From positions 62,001 through 126,000 of the forward strand of contig JALMLS010000124.1 in assembly GCA_038496445.1 (NCBI GenBank): 64,000 bases of DNA. Direction: 5' to 3'. Positions 12,798 to 25,791 of this stretch are shown here, one piece after another. The notes under the pieces are model-generated. The model was given only the letters and a program-made list of their open reading frames with translations, ran no database searches and was not told the DNA's origin. How positions within the stretch are numbered: position 1 is the stretch's first letter; every line of letters starts with the position of its first letter. The position numbers and the translations under genes were made by a program. The DNA is from Trichosphaerium sp. ATCC 40318. Its lineage: Eukaryota; Protista; Tubulinea.

Positions 12798-15132
12798 ATG
12801 GAACTAGCGCGGAATACAGTCTTCTGTCTTATATTGTTGATTTTTATCCCACATACCCGCAGTATGGGTGGTATGGCAGATGAAGAGTGTCTATGGAACC
12901 CACTTTTATATAGAATATACGATGGAGGAGACAACTGTGACGGCACACAACAATTCTTTTCACTCTATTTTTTTTTCCGCTGTTCTCCGAAAAACTTTGT
13001 CTTACGGATACGTTTTAGATGAAGACCTGACAGTTGACCTATATCTAGCTTCCTTAACAATAACTTATCCGGTAAGTACTAGCGTTTTTTGAAAATACAC
13101 AACCTCCCGCGCCGTAAAAACAATTAACCCCAAAAAAACACGTGTTTTACAACAAAAACTGAAAATAATGGTTGAAATAGTATGCGATAAAACTTGAAAT
13201 CTCTGGGACAACTACACTCAGATGGGTTAGAGATAATAGTATTGTTTCGAATGCACTATTATCTAGAGATGCAGCAATAAATGGAATAGCATCTGGATCT
13301 GCAGTTCTTAAAAATGGGGTACTTGTGATTTGTTTTTGTTGTGTATTAAGTTCCGTTTCTCCCTCCCTAGCTGATTTACGGTACTAATGATGCTACGCAT
13401 ACCATGTGTGGTGTTACAGGACACGAAGGTCATACAAATCATGATTTTTGTTTCCCTGATTTCGCCAGTAGTTGTAGCGGTGCAGGAAGGTTTCAAGGTA
13501 CAATCCATACAAACACTGAATTCGAGTTAACCAACCACGAAAGGACATTGCTATAAAATTTTACCAAATACTGCTGTCACGTGGATGCAAGCCCAAGGTA
13601 ATAACAATATGTCAGTTTCTCTTTAATGTAACATTGTCGTAGGATTATGTTTGAAAGACGGCGGGTACTTGGCTACTATTACATCAGGCATTGAGTTTGA
13701 TCACATTAAGAACAACTTTGACCTGAATAATAAAGTACTTTGGACAGGATTAGCAAGTGGTAATGGAAATCAACTCGCTTATAAATGGGTACTTAATACT
13801 ACGTTATAAACACTTTTCGGAAGACCATATAATTTTTAAGTTTGCTTGCGTTCACAACCTTTTTTCTTCTGAGTCATCAAATCTGGCTTTCACGTGCTTA
13901 TTCTTTCTTCCAAGCATGCTACAAATGAACCTTTTGCTTACGGTAATACGTTCAATGAATACCCTTGGGCTACGACTGAGCCATCCAGGGATAGATTAAG
14001 ACAAACCACAAAAGATTGTGTTGGCATGTAAGTTCACTACCCAATGACTCTTTTTCAAACTAACGGTTTTACAGAGTAGATGGTAGATGGGAGGCTTTTT
14101 ATTGTTTTAAAACAAGTTCTCACGGAAATTTACCTCACAGACCGCTATGCGAGTATATAACGACACCTCTCCCAAATTACCCAACAGCTCCACCAACAAG
14201 AGTACCAACAACACGTGCACCAACAAGACCACCAACTACACGTTCACCAACAAGACCTCCAACGACAGCACCACCCACGCCCCCAACACAACCTATAGCG
14301 CCCACACAAACTCCAACAAGCCCACCAACTGTCCCGATAGGACTTCCACCAAGTAAAGCGTAATAGTAATCGTTGGTCATCCACTAACTCTTTGCATAGT
14401 TGTTTGCACAGAAAGCGATTGTCTTGATTGTGAAAGCAATGACACGTGCGTTTTCGGGTCTGTGACGAACTTAGGGAGTTTGCGAATAAAACGATCCATT
14501 ATAATCAAGGGTGACTTCTCGACTGTTCAAACAACTATCATTGACCCGTATACAGTAATAGTTGTTGAAGGTAATATGAGATGCTTTTTTATTTCTTGCC
14601 TGATGTTGACATTTTTAATTAAGGCTGCTTGCGCACCTCAAACTCCTCTACTATTATCAACCTTGCAGGAATCGGTACTACACAACAAGAGGTTCTCACT
14701 CCTCTGGAGTACGAATGTATTGAAGGAAATGTGACTGTAATTGCGGATAAATGTGCTCATGTCGAGGTTACTCAAAGAACAAAAAGGTATAGCATGTTGT
14801 CCAACTTATCTCCTTACTTTTACTCAGTTTGTCAGTCATAGTCACTCCGACGGACGCATGTACTCCCTCTAGCAATGTTATACCAATCGCTATAGGAGCA
14901 GCTCTTGGAGGTTGTGTCTTGGTAAGCTCTTTTTTTTTTCCATTTTTATTCTGACTTGTGGTATTGTTAGACGGTCGTTGTATTCCTCCTTCTTGCCATT
15001 TTTGTTCCAAAAATAAGAAATGTTATTGCCCCGTGGTCTATCCGAGCGAAATTTACCCTCGATGTACAAGCTGAAAAAGAAGCCGGTTATGCGGCTCAAC
15101 CACAAGCACATGGACCAACAGCACACACATAA
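12798..15132 (+). CDS. Type I membrane protein with C-type lectin domain and Pro/Thr stalk
   Basis: Signal peptide; FQGHCYKI..TWMQAQGYC..GGYLATI..LWTGL..YKW..WATTEPS..DCV..GRWEAFYC; PTAPPTRVPTT stalk; TM segment VIPIAIGAALGG; 3' end uncertain. Confidence 0.8.
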
Positions 15133-15468
15133 ATCACATACAAATAAGAGGGTCGACTGTCAACAATGGATGGATTATACAATGTATTTTAGTAAAAAAA
15201 AAGAAAGTAGCATACTTAATTACTGCCACAGTTTTCTGTTGTTCACCACATTTTACTCACCAATACTACCTCCTCTCAATAAGAGTTAAATAGAACTTTT
15301 TTGCTCAAAACGGCATGAGCACACGTCGAAAATAAAACAAAACTTTTTTTGAAATTACAGATATATTACAACAACCAACGTGATAAATCACGTGATTTCT
15401 CTTTAAAAACCATTACACCACAATTAAGGATACTAACAACCCTTACACTAGAAGTGCATAAACCGAAA

Positions 15469-17607
15469 TTTATACAGGTGTAGGCTGTGTGTTAGTCAAA
15501 GCAAACAAGCGTTGATGATAATCGTCAATGTTAGCTTCCAACTCATCAAACTTTTCAGACAATAAACGCATTTGCTCATCATGCTCACGTCTTAGATTCT
15601 CAGTCTAATAAACAAGGTGAGTAATTTGAAGTAGAAGAGATAAGCAGTCACTATTTACCTTAATATCACATTCATTCATACGCATTTCATTCTTTGTAAT
15701 AATCTGTTTCATTTCACTCAAATCACGATCTGCTTTTGTTTTCTCACTTTGTAGAGATTTAAGTTGCTTTTGGTTTGCTTCATGCACATGGCCATGTGCT
15801 TCTTCTAAGCGTTCATGTTTCTCTTCAAGACCACGAACCTTCTTACTCATAATCTACATTCACAAAATGTCAGACAAAAGGAAAACAATACGCAAAAAAG
15901 AAAAAAGAAAAAAAAAATAACGCACAGAAATTAAACCCTCAAGCTCTTTGTTATGATTCTCAGCATTATGAATATTATCTTTAGCTGTCCTTGAATCATC
16001 TTTCACTTCAGATAACTTATCACGATACGCTTCAATCTCTTCAAGGATTTTAATCAATTTCTTTACCCTCTAGAAGAAAAATACGTAAGAAAGTGATCGT
16101 GCATTGACATTCCAAACAAAAAAAAAAGTTTGATACGAAAAACCACGTTTATCGTGCACGTGAGCGTGTATGTACCTTTTCAGCCTTTTCGGTGTTATCA
16201 TTGCGAATCTTGTATTGCCTTTGCTTTCTTTGTTGATTTTGGACTTCCTAACATATCATTAGTAAGCTGTGACACGCCAACAAATAAACAGAAAAATATA
16301 AGAAAATAATCGAATCAAACGTACTGCTTGCTCTCGGGCTAGCTTCTCACGCATAGCAATAATTTCTCCTTTAACGCGATCAGGAGAGCGTAGAATACGT
16401 CTTTCGTAATCATTACACTCTTGAAGGAGTTGAGCATTTTGTTGTTCAACAGATTGCTAAAACAGGAAATCAGAAAACTCCGAAAAAAACATAGCCAACA
16501 AAAAAAAAAGAAAAGAAAGACGGCTGAACTCAAGAGAGCCTCCTGAACAGTGCTAGCACAATATGGCTACCATCGCAAAAAATACAACAAAGATGTTTAT
16601 AAACACGTACGATTTCCTCCTCGATGCCACCATTTAATACCTTAAGATTGTCTTTTTTTTTATATAAGTCAGCTTGAAGGTTATTAAGATGCCAAACACC
16701 CTCCTTCATTTCCTGCTGAGCACGTTTTGCTTCTTCAATAGGTTCTTGCTCAGTCTCAATCTCAGCTCTATGTTAAAAACAAGTTAATAAACGAACTACA
16801 AGTGCGTCACGTGACACGGACATTTTTCGTGTTTTTTTTTGAAATAAAACGTTTATATTTAAACTCAGTGGGATTTAATAATCATAAAATCATTGGAAAC
16901 CTGTGTTATTCTATCATCGCTTATGATAAACCGTTTTGTTCGCAAAGAAAAGAAAAAAGCGTCAAAGTTAAAAATACGTACTCAAGAGCAGCCAATTCAG
17001 CTTTAGCTTCTCTACAACTAGCTAGACGCTCTTCAGAGACTCTCATGTAGTTATCCTAGCGTACACAGTGAGCACAAAGACAAGATAATCGTTTATTTTA
17101 TAAAAACTCTGTATAACTAAACGTACTACTTCTTCCATGCGTTCTTGACATTGTGCAAGGCCAGCTTGGCGAAACTTTGCAAAATTGATTATTCCACTCA
17201 ATATACGCTTTGTTCGCGATGCTTGTGGCTGTATAATGTCCTTGAAGTCGAAATCATGTACAACAGCGATATTGAGTAGCTTTTCTCTGATGTTTTACGT
17301 CAGTTGTCGGTTAAAAAGTGAGTTTTGAACAAATACCAACGTACAGTTTTTTTAGCGTGTTAACGCGTCCTACGGATACATCGTGTAGTTCTGGGTACTC
17401 TAATAGATCAAGAGCAGAAAGCTTTGGTTGATCTAGTTCTTCCGCAGATGTACCGAGTAGCATGCATACTAGGCTTTTGTATATAGGATAAAACACTTCA
17501 AAGGTTGGTTGGTTTAAATCACTTTCTTGAACTGTAAAACCAATCTCAGCGAGACAATCTATAATCTCAGCGCCTGAGTATATCGGAAACGTGCCACCTG
17601 TTGCCAT
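15469..17607 (-). CDS. NUF2: Kinetochore Ndc80-complex subunit Nuf2
   Basis: FPIYSGAEIIDCL..DLNQP..LEYPELHD..DFDFKDIIQP..RTKRILSGIINFAKFR followed by long coiled coil. Confidence 0.92.
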
Positions 17608-18470
17608 TTGTAAAGTTGGCGGGAATATTTTTGGTTTAAGGCACAAAAACGAGACAATCGCGTATTTGACCGTGAGAGACCACTTGAAGCTGTTGCGATG
17701 CTCAGTAGCTATATTAGAACGGTGTACGCCATGGTAGAAGAACCAATAAACCAGTTAAAAAACATTCAAACTTCCACTTTTCCAAATAAACCTACAAACC
17801 TCCTCAACGTTATGATATCGATTCGGCGTACCAATCGAGTAGTAAAAGCACATTTGGTGTTATAACAGCCAAATTTAACGCAGGAATGCAGTTAACTAAC
17901 GGAAGTTTCAAAGACAGGGCGCCTTCCCAGCGTACATTGAACCTCATCGCTTTGTTTTGGAGAACCGTTGGTTTGGGTTTGTTGTTCACAATACTCCAGT
18001 GCTCCGCGTTTTATTGAGTCACCTGGAAATTTCGGGCCGTTGAGTGTTTAAAAAGCGTTATTTGACGAGATAGTCGTTTTAAGCTTGCTGTTTATACTAG
18101 CGGCGATTGTAAACAAACCAACGTACATATGCAACCCAGCAATGTACTAGTAAGGGTATTTAGGCGAAGGGGTCATTAAGTTGTCTCAAAAAAACTCAAC
18201 AAAAAAAAAAAACTCTATTGATACTCTCAATTACCGCTCCTGCACGTGGTGCTTGACGTCGTACATACATAAACCCCAGTAAGAGGTACGTTGTATCGTA
18301 ACTTTTTTTTTGTTACCTCCGCTTGTAATTATAAAACGCTATTATTTCCTGTCCTGGGATAACGCAGTGTAAATGGGAAGCGTTATTTCGAAGCCTGAAA
18401 TTTAGACTGTGTCGCAAGCTAAAGTTGTAATAAATATTTGTAGAGGCTTTTGCAATTAATTGCCTCCCAG

Positions 18471-20501
18471 ATGGGTTGCGACCACTCAGTAATCAAACCG
18501 TCGAAGGAGAGCAAGGCAATAGATAATGACTTGAAAAATGAGAAAAAGAACCCTGAAATCAAACTTCTACTGCTTGGTATGTTGCTATTGAGCTGTTTTG
18601 TGAGTTTTTTGTAAAATTATTAACCAACTAACTCACGATTAGGTACGGGCGACTCTGGCAAATCCACATTTACCAAACAAATGAAAATATTGCACAAGCA
18701 TGGGTTTACTAAAACGGAGCAAAAGCAGTATTCGGACGTTTTGAAAGAAAACACCCTATCGTCTGTGCAATCGCTTATACGAGAAGCAGATCAACGCGCT
18801 ATGCCATTAAAAAAGCAAGTTGATGAGGTACGCCAAATTAAAAAAACACTAAATCACCAAACCTTTTTAATAAAAACTGATCGTCTTTTACTTATAAAAA
18901 CGACCATTACGAGTACATTAGATCAAAAGAAATCCTAATTATGCAGTTTTTGTTGTCTTCTGACATTGTTTATAATTTAAACAAATTGCCTTTTTGATGC
19001 ATTTACCTAATCCCAAAAGCTTCCGTAACCCAATGACAGTACTCATCTATTACTAGGCAAACATAAGATTAGTTACCGAAGCTATGGCGCTTACTACTGA
19101 GCTTGCAGAGGCAGTAAAGTTAGTTTGGAATAGTAAAATTATACAAAAGTTATGGAAGGATCGGAGCTCGTTTCAAGTGCCTCAAGCAACAGAATAGTAC
19201 GTCTTTTTTTCATTGATTTACAATAACAAAAAAATAATTTTGTTGAAAAAAAAAAACCTTTTAAAATTCGGGCGATTCTCCCTCATCTCTCCTCTCTTTG
19301 CTCTCCTCGCTTCGTATTTCTGTCATAAAAAATACGATACGCTCAATAGTAGTACAAAGAGCGGTATTGAAGATGTTGTTGTTTAGGCGATTGTAAGCTA
19401 ACCGGCGTTTTTATTTTAGCTACCTACAGAATCTTGAGCGGATAGCGAAAGACGATTTTGTACCTACGGATGAAGATATACTCCGAGCGAAGCTTAAAAC
19501 AACAGGTGTATGGGAGATGAAGTTTGATGCTTTTGGGAAACACTTTCTGCTTGTACGCTGCCGGTTAAACAAAGTTTGCTTTTCTTTTTCTTTATTTTCA
19601 AAAAAATTGACTTACTCAGGTTGATGTTGGCGGACAAAGAAGTGAGAGACGTAAATGGGTCCATTGCTTTGACGTACGTATTTTTAAATGATATTTAATG
19701 ATATTATGTGCCATTAAAAGGCGAAATTATGTTTTTTTCGAACAAAGTTCGAAAAACTGATTGTATGTCCTTAGAATATTGATGCAATAATTTATTTGGC
19801 TGCTATTGATGAGTGTACGTGTTATTAACAGGTTTTTTGTATGAAAAAATCAAAAATTGCCAAAAAAACCAAAAAAAAAACTTTGGATGGTTTGTGTTTG
19901 GTATTGTAGGCTATTATTTTATTTATGAAGTATTTTTTATCTTATGTACACGTGTGATTTAACTGATTTTGTTACTATTTCCGACCGATTTTTTTGTGGT
20001 TGGTCAAGAAACCGTTTTTTTATTTTTTTCTGTTTTGATTTTCTGTTTTATTGGTTAGACCCTTTTTTTTTCGTACTGTTGTGGCTTTGACGTTTTAATT
20101 TTTTTGTTCTAGTTGACATGCGTCTACAAGAAAATAATCTCACTCACAGAATGGACGAGTCTTTCGAGCTGTTTACTGAACTGGTCAGCTCTAATTTTTT
20201 AAGCAACAGGAGATGGATTCTTTTTTTGAATAAGGTCGATCTGTTTAAAGAAAAATTCGAAAATGACTTTAGGGCATTTAAGAAATACTATAGTGAATAT
20301 ACAGGAGAAAAAGACTGGAAGGTTGCTATAAAGTACATAGAGAGTGAGTTTAAAAAGAGGTTTGCTCAAGCTAGAGGAGATGATCAGATTCTCTATGTCT
20401 ATGTGACGTGTGCTATTGATACTACTAATGTTGAGAAGGTATTCGCTACTCTTAAACATTCTGTAATGATGCAGTCTTTGGAAAAGAGCTTCATTGTGTA
20501 A
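18471..20501 (+). CDS. Heterotrimeric G protein alpha subunit
   Basis: MGC N-terminus; KLLLLGTGDSGKST; DVGGQRSERRKW; LFLNKVD; TCAID. Confidence 0.97.
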
Positions 20502-20754
20502 CAATAACAGTGTAAGATAAAGAAATTAGCACGTTTGTAACAAAAAGAACGCGAGCGCCTGGTTTTGTTTGCAACTTTTTTTTTTTGATTTTTTCGATTT
20601 GCTGTGGCTTTTTTTAGTGATGGGGTCGCTATTGCGTAATAGGGTATATGTATTAATTGCTTAGGGGTATTTTAATCTATTTTGGTAGACCAGGTTTCGA
20701 AAAAAGGAAGGTGAACTTTTTTTAGAATAGACCTTCATTTTTGCTCTTAGGATC

Positions 20755-22311
20755 ATGTTTGATCAGGAAGAAGGTTCGGGCAATTGTTCCGGTGCTTTTT
20801 TACTGTCCTTACCATATTTAGTTTTTTCTGTACTTAACAGACGTCACTACAAGCACATGGGCGCAATACTCTCTTCTTACTTTTATGGTGCATTGTATCA
20901 TGCCACTACTGTTCTATTATTCGCTCTACGCGGTACACTAACGAACAGGTACAAAAAAAACCGTTTCCGTTACAGAAACGCTGCAAAAGGCGTGTATTGA
21001 GCCATTTACGATGTATAAAATGTTAACGTGGTGTTTTGAGGTATCACCCAACAACTACAACAGAAATACATTATAAAGGTTTGTAAAATACTCTCTTTAG
21101 ATGTTTACAGGCGTAGGGTATAGTGTTGTGGTAATACCGGCGTTATTGGATAATTATATGTACTTAATAATCGATAAACGCACTAAAGCGGCTATTGTGA
21201 TAGATCCAGTCGATCCTGGTCGCGTAAATAAGGTGTCAAGTTGAATTACGTTCTAAACCAGCGCTAGGTTGCCTCTGAGGCATCAAAACGTGGTTGTAAA
21301 CTATCTGCTGTACTCAATACACACCATCATTGGGATCACTCTGGTGGAAACTTAGAAATGTACAAAACGAGTGTCAACACCTTTGATCCGTACTAAGCTA
21401 TCTAAAAAAGGCGTTTACGCTTTGGTTTTTCAAAATTACCTGTTTATGGCAGTATAATAGACAAAGAACGTATTCCGTACATTACCCGCCACTTGAGCGA
21501 TAAAGAAACCTTCCAAGTACGTATCAACAATTACCACTTGATGGTCCGCTTTGTGTTTAATCAGTCTCGCAAAAGAAAAACGTGCATTCCACGTGATGGA
21601 ATGGTAGTCGCTGTTTAACCTGTTAAAAAGCATACGGTTGCATTTTTTTCTTTTCGTTTTTCTATCGATTGTCACGTGTTTTTCACGTGATTTAATAATT
21701 ATTTTAGATTGGAAACATGGTATTCACGGCCATAATGACACCGTGTCATACCAGAGGTAATGTCTTTTTGTGATACAGTTAGGGACTTTTTTTTGATGTT
21801 GCCAAAAACAATAAGTGTCAGCTGTCATTCTAGTTTTTTGTTTTCATTTTGCTTAGGTCACTGCGTGTACCTACTCAATGTTGATGGAGATTCTCCTTCA
21901 TTATTTACCGGTGATACTTTATTCTTGGCAGGTTGTGGTAGGTTCTTTGAAGGCGAGGCTGGCGAGATGTTTTCAAGTTTTCAAAAAATCAAGGCTCTAC
22001 CACCGGATACACAACTCTTTTTTGGTCACGAGTACGCTATTAAGAACCTATCTTTTGCTTCAACAGTAGATGAAGGAAACAAAGAAATAGAAGATAAGCT
22101 TGAATGGTCAAAAGACAGAATAAAGAAAAAGATACCAACGGTTCCAGTTTCTCTTGAAGAAGAACTGAAGTATAACCCATTTCTGCGTGTAGGACATAGT
22201 ATTGGAAACGTTGATACACCAAATAAGGAAGATATAGATACATTAAGACGTTACAGATCATTAAGAGATGTGTACAGTATGCCTAAAATGACTATTGACA
22301 AAACGACTTAA
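20755..22311 (+). CDS. Hydroxyacylglutathione hydrolase (glyoxalase II / PNKD-like) with N-terminal hydrophobic extension
   Basis: [57 protein letters not shown]; start uncertain (20755 or 20857). Confidence 0.9.
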
Positions 22312-22603
22312 ATAGTAAATAAATTGTTTTTGAAAACAAGAGTTCATTAAACTGCGATCAAAAGAATAGGTAACAAGAAACATGCACGTGTTGTACTGTA
22401 GGAAATATTGTGGTGAAGGGCTTGAACGTCAACATCCTAAACATACCAAGTAGTATGGAGCAAACATTCTCAAAGCAAATTGCGAGCACAAGTATTGTAG
22501 TACATAATGTCTTGCTAAGTCAACACTTAATCGAATTTCAATTGTTGTGGTAATGGCTAAAGCGTATGCTTTTGCACGCTACACAGCTTTTCGTTTTACT
22601 GAA

Positions 22604-23884
22604 ATGATACCAACAGAGCTCATTATTGACGTTTTTGAGTATACTCGAAATAAAACGCGATATTCGATTGCTCAGACGTGCTGGCTATTCTACGACATTA
22701 TTCATAGACACGTTGGTTACGGTGAAATCGTTATCAGGTCTTCAGAGTCCATTAAGCGTTTAAGCGATCAGAAATTGCTTTTAAACAATACATTTGTATC
22801 AATTCGGGAGTACAGCGCCACAGACGAGGAAATATGTTCTTTGGCTGGTGTTAAGAAATTATCAATGATGGGTTTTAAATTGAGTGATAAGTGCCTTGAG
22901 GTACTTGCCGGTGTTAAAGAAATACATGTGCACAGGTGTCCTAATATCACAGATGAAGGTATTCAATTCTTGTCAGGTGTACATACGATAGATGTAAGCT
23001 TGATGAGGCAGTTGACAGATAAGTCATTGGAAGCTATTTCAGGTGCTTACAAAGTAAATATTTCGCAATGTAGTAGGATAACTGATGAAGGATTAAAATC
23101 ACTTGCTGGTGTTCATTGGATAAGTATGAGATATTGCAAAGTCACAGACAATGGATTAAAATCACTTGCTGGAGCTCACACAATAATAATGTCGAGTTGT
23201 GATTATATTGATGGATCTTGTTTTGCGCACTTGGTTAAAGCTAAAAACACAAACGGCGAAATGTGTCTTCATGTCATTGATATTTCTGATTGTGAGGGTG
23301 TTATTCTTGATCACGTGAAACAATTGTCTGGTGTACACGAAATCAGTTTACATGGTTTGATGGTTAAAGATGAAGATATCATACCTCTTGCTGGTGTACA
23401 CAAACTTGGCTTGAATGAGTGTACAAAACTAACTGCAGCATCAATGTCATCTTTTTCTGGTATTCACACCATTTATTTGGAATGCATAGAATTAAACGAC
23501 TTGTGGCTAGAACCTTTATCAGGGGTTCATACAATATACCTGAGCTATTGTAGAGGTATAACCGTTAATGGATTGAAATCACTTGCAGGAGTGCATACTA
23601 TTCACTTGAATGCTTCTAGTGATATCACAGATGAAGGTGTCATTCATCTTGCTGGTGTACATGAGATAATGTTGGATTTCTGTAGCAAGATAACAGATAG
23701 AGGTGTTAAAGCTCTTGCAGGTGTTCATACAATAAGTCTAAAAGCTTGTCCTCTTGTAACAGATGAAGGGATATCATCTCTTCAAGGAGTTTCTAGAATA
23801 ATTGCATTCAACACTAAGTGTACACAAGCTATTGTACACGTGATGCATTTTGTGCAGAATGTAGTTCAACGAGATGGTTTGTGA
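22604..23884 (+). CDS. Intronless F-box + cysteine-containing LRR protein
   Basis: MIPTELIIDVFEY..IAQTCWLFYDII F-box; ~21-22-aa repeats of the form ITDEGLKSLAGVHTIxLxxC. Confidence 0.88.
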   Translation: MIPTELIIDVFEYTRNKTRYSIAQTCWLFYDIIHRHVGYGEIVIRSSESIKRLSDQKLLLNNTFVSIREYSATDEEICSLAGVKKLSMMGFKLSDKCLEVLAGVKEIHVHRCPNITDEGIQFLSGVHTIDVSLMRQLTDKSLEAISGAYKVNISQCSRITDEGLKSLAGVHWISMRYCKVTDNGLKSLAGAHTIIMSSCDYIDGSCFAHLVKAKNTNGEMCLHVIDISDCEGVILDHVKQLSGVHEISLHGLMVKDEDIIPLAGVHKLGLNECTKLTAASMSSFSGIHTIYLECIELNDLWLEPLSGVHTIYLSYCRGITVNGLKSLAGVHTIHLNASSDITDEGVIHLAGVHEIMLDFCSKITDRGVKALAGVHTISLKACPLVTDEGISSLQGVSRIIAFNTKCTQAIVHVMHFVQNVVQRDGL

Positions 23885-24178
23885 ACACAGGGTACCCAGT
23901 GAGACTTTACAAGCTTTTTCATTGAAGCATCCTTATGTAACACTTTATAGTGAAGAAAAGAGCAGAAGGTCACGTGCTACTAATCGGTGTAACGTTTTTG
24001 AAAAGTATACTTTCCTTTAAATTAAAGCATCACCTCCCGAGAAGTTGCTATTGATAGAACACGTGGCTATGGTTTGTCTAAACAAGAAAACCCTTTTGTT
24101 TGTTTTTTGAATCATTTGAAATCTATTGACTGCGTACGTCATCTCGAATAGTCCAAATTGTAAAGTTAATACTACACA

Positions 24179-24999
24179 ATGGCCAACCAATCCGCTAAGA
24201 GGATTGTTAAGGAAAACAAAGTTACACTGATGTATATGCAAGTTGAAATGGCATTATTCATGGTAAACGGCCGTTTATTAGTATTTTGAACGCTTTAATT
24301 GATGATTGTACAGGTTTTGTACTTGCTTTTGCGTGTTTGGTATTTTAGCAGCACATATACCACTGTTCACATGCTTGGTACCGCTGTTATCGTACTTGTT
24401 AACTTATACGTCCTTTGGTTTATGAGATCACACGCCCACGCGGAATTTACGCCTACAGGTACACTAAGCCTACGTGTGCGCGTCTGAAGAATGTTTTAGG
24501 TGATATTAAATCCCCAGGTGCAGACTTATGCGGAAAAGGCATCATAGAGTACGTACAGTATACAGTACATTCGTTGCACTATTAAATAGGTTATCACAGC
24601 TTTTTGTGTTTATATTACCAACAATACCGTTATACGCTCTCTAAATTCATCTAGATACCATTGGGATGCTTTATATATTACTTGGTTTGTACAACTTGCT
24701 TGTAACCTTTCAAGCTACTTCTGGTTCATATTCCTTATCGTACGCTCAAACACAATATTTTATCTACCGCTACAAGCAATAGAAACGCCAAAACAAAAAG
24801 ATGTCATGAGCGCTTAAATCTCATTTTTCCCAGATTCCTCTTTTTGGCATTTACAAGCTTTGGGTTGACTTTATTGGTCCTGCTTTGGCAATGAGGAGTG
24901 GCATGGTATGTGTCATCACTATGTACTAAATGGTTCCTTTCTAATCGCCTCGTAGGCTCAAAGACAAGAATACCAAGAAGGGAGACGTGGTATGCGTAA
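24179..24999 (+). CDS. TMEM208: TMEM208/SND2 family ER targeting protein
   Basis: MANQSAKRIVKEN; PGADL..GIIEYHWDALYITWFVQL..YFWFIFLIIPLFGIYKLW. Confidence 0.88.
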
Positions 25000-25415
25000 A
25001 AAGGAACGTAAAGCACTTAAAAAAGCAAACAGAGCAAAGAGATAAAAAAAGAAAACTCTTCTCATGTTACATTTTTTGAAAAAAAGCCCAAATAAACTAG
25101 TTTTATCACGTGCAACAAATGTAACGGTTAGACAAAAAACCCTCGCTTCACTGGTGTTGTTGGGCGGCTGATTCAAGATGTACCAAGTGCTTCAACTGTT
25201 AACTATAATTGACAACAGTACTAAGAAAAAAGAACCTAAAGCAGAGTCTCATTCACGTAACAGTTCTCTTTTCTGTAACTTAAGGGCGTCGACGTCGCCC
25301 TTAATAAACAGGCAGCTTATTAGTAACAAGGGGTAAGAGAAGGGTGGAAAACAAACTTACTGTTAACCTTGATTTCTCTATCACCTCAACACGTAGTTAA
25401 AGTAGCGAATCCAAC

Positions 25416-25563
25416 AAGAATGGACAACTCAAGTGTCACTATATGTACATTGATGGTGCAAAAAATGATAATCTGCTACAACGAAACGGTGAATAAGCCT
25501 AAAAGGTGGCACAATAAAGGAATTAACTCATGGCGACGTATATGTACGTTGGTACAAAAATGA
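25416..25563 (+). pseudogene. Degenerate MORN-repeat relic
   Basis: Fragments KNGQLKCHYMYIDGAKN, KRWHN and HGDVYVRWYKN in shifting frames with stops. Confidence 0.5.
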
Positions 25564-25791
25564 ACTGGTGGTAAAGGTCACTTCCTTCCAACAACTGTTT
25601 ATTGTCTTGCAGATTCCAGACAAACTGTAACTGACACTTGTTAGTTAGTTGCTCCTAAACTGCTGCAAGAGAATCAAGAACATCTTGTCTTTAAGACAAT
25701 GGTATGGCGACCCAGAAATCATCCTTACCGAAATTTCTTTCAGGCGTTTCATTGAAAACTAACTAAGCCCCAAAATCCCACAAACAAGGCA

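Noticed and set aside
25281-25303. Short GC-rich hairpin taagggcg-tcgacgt-cgccctta
   Set aside because: Single 8-bp stem with no recurrence or context
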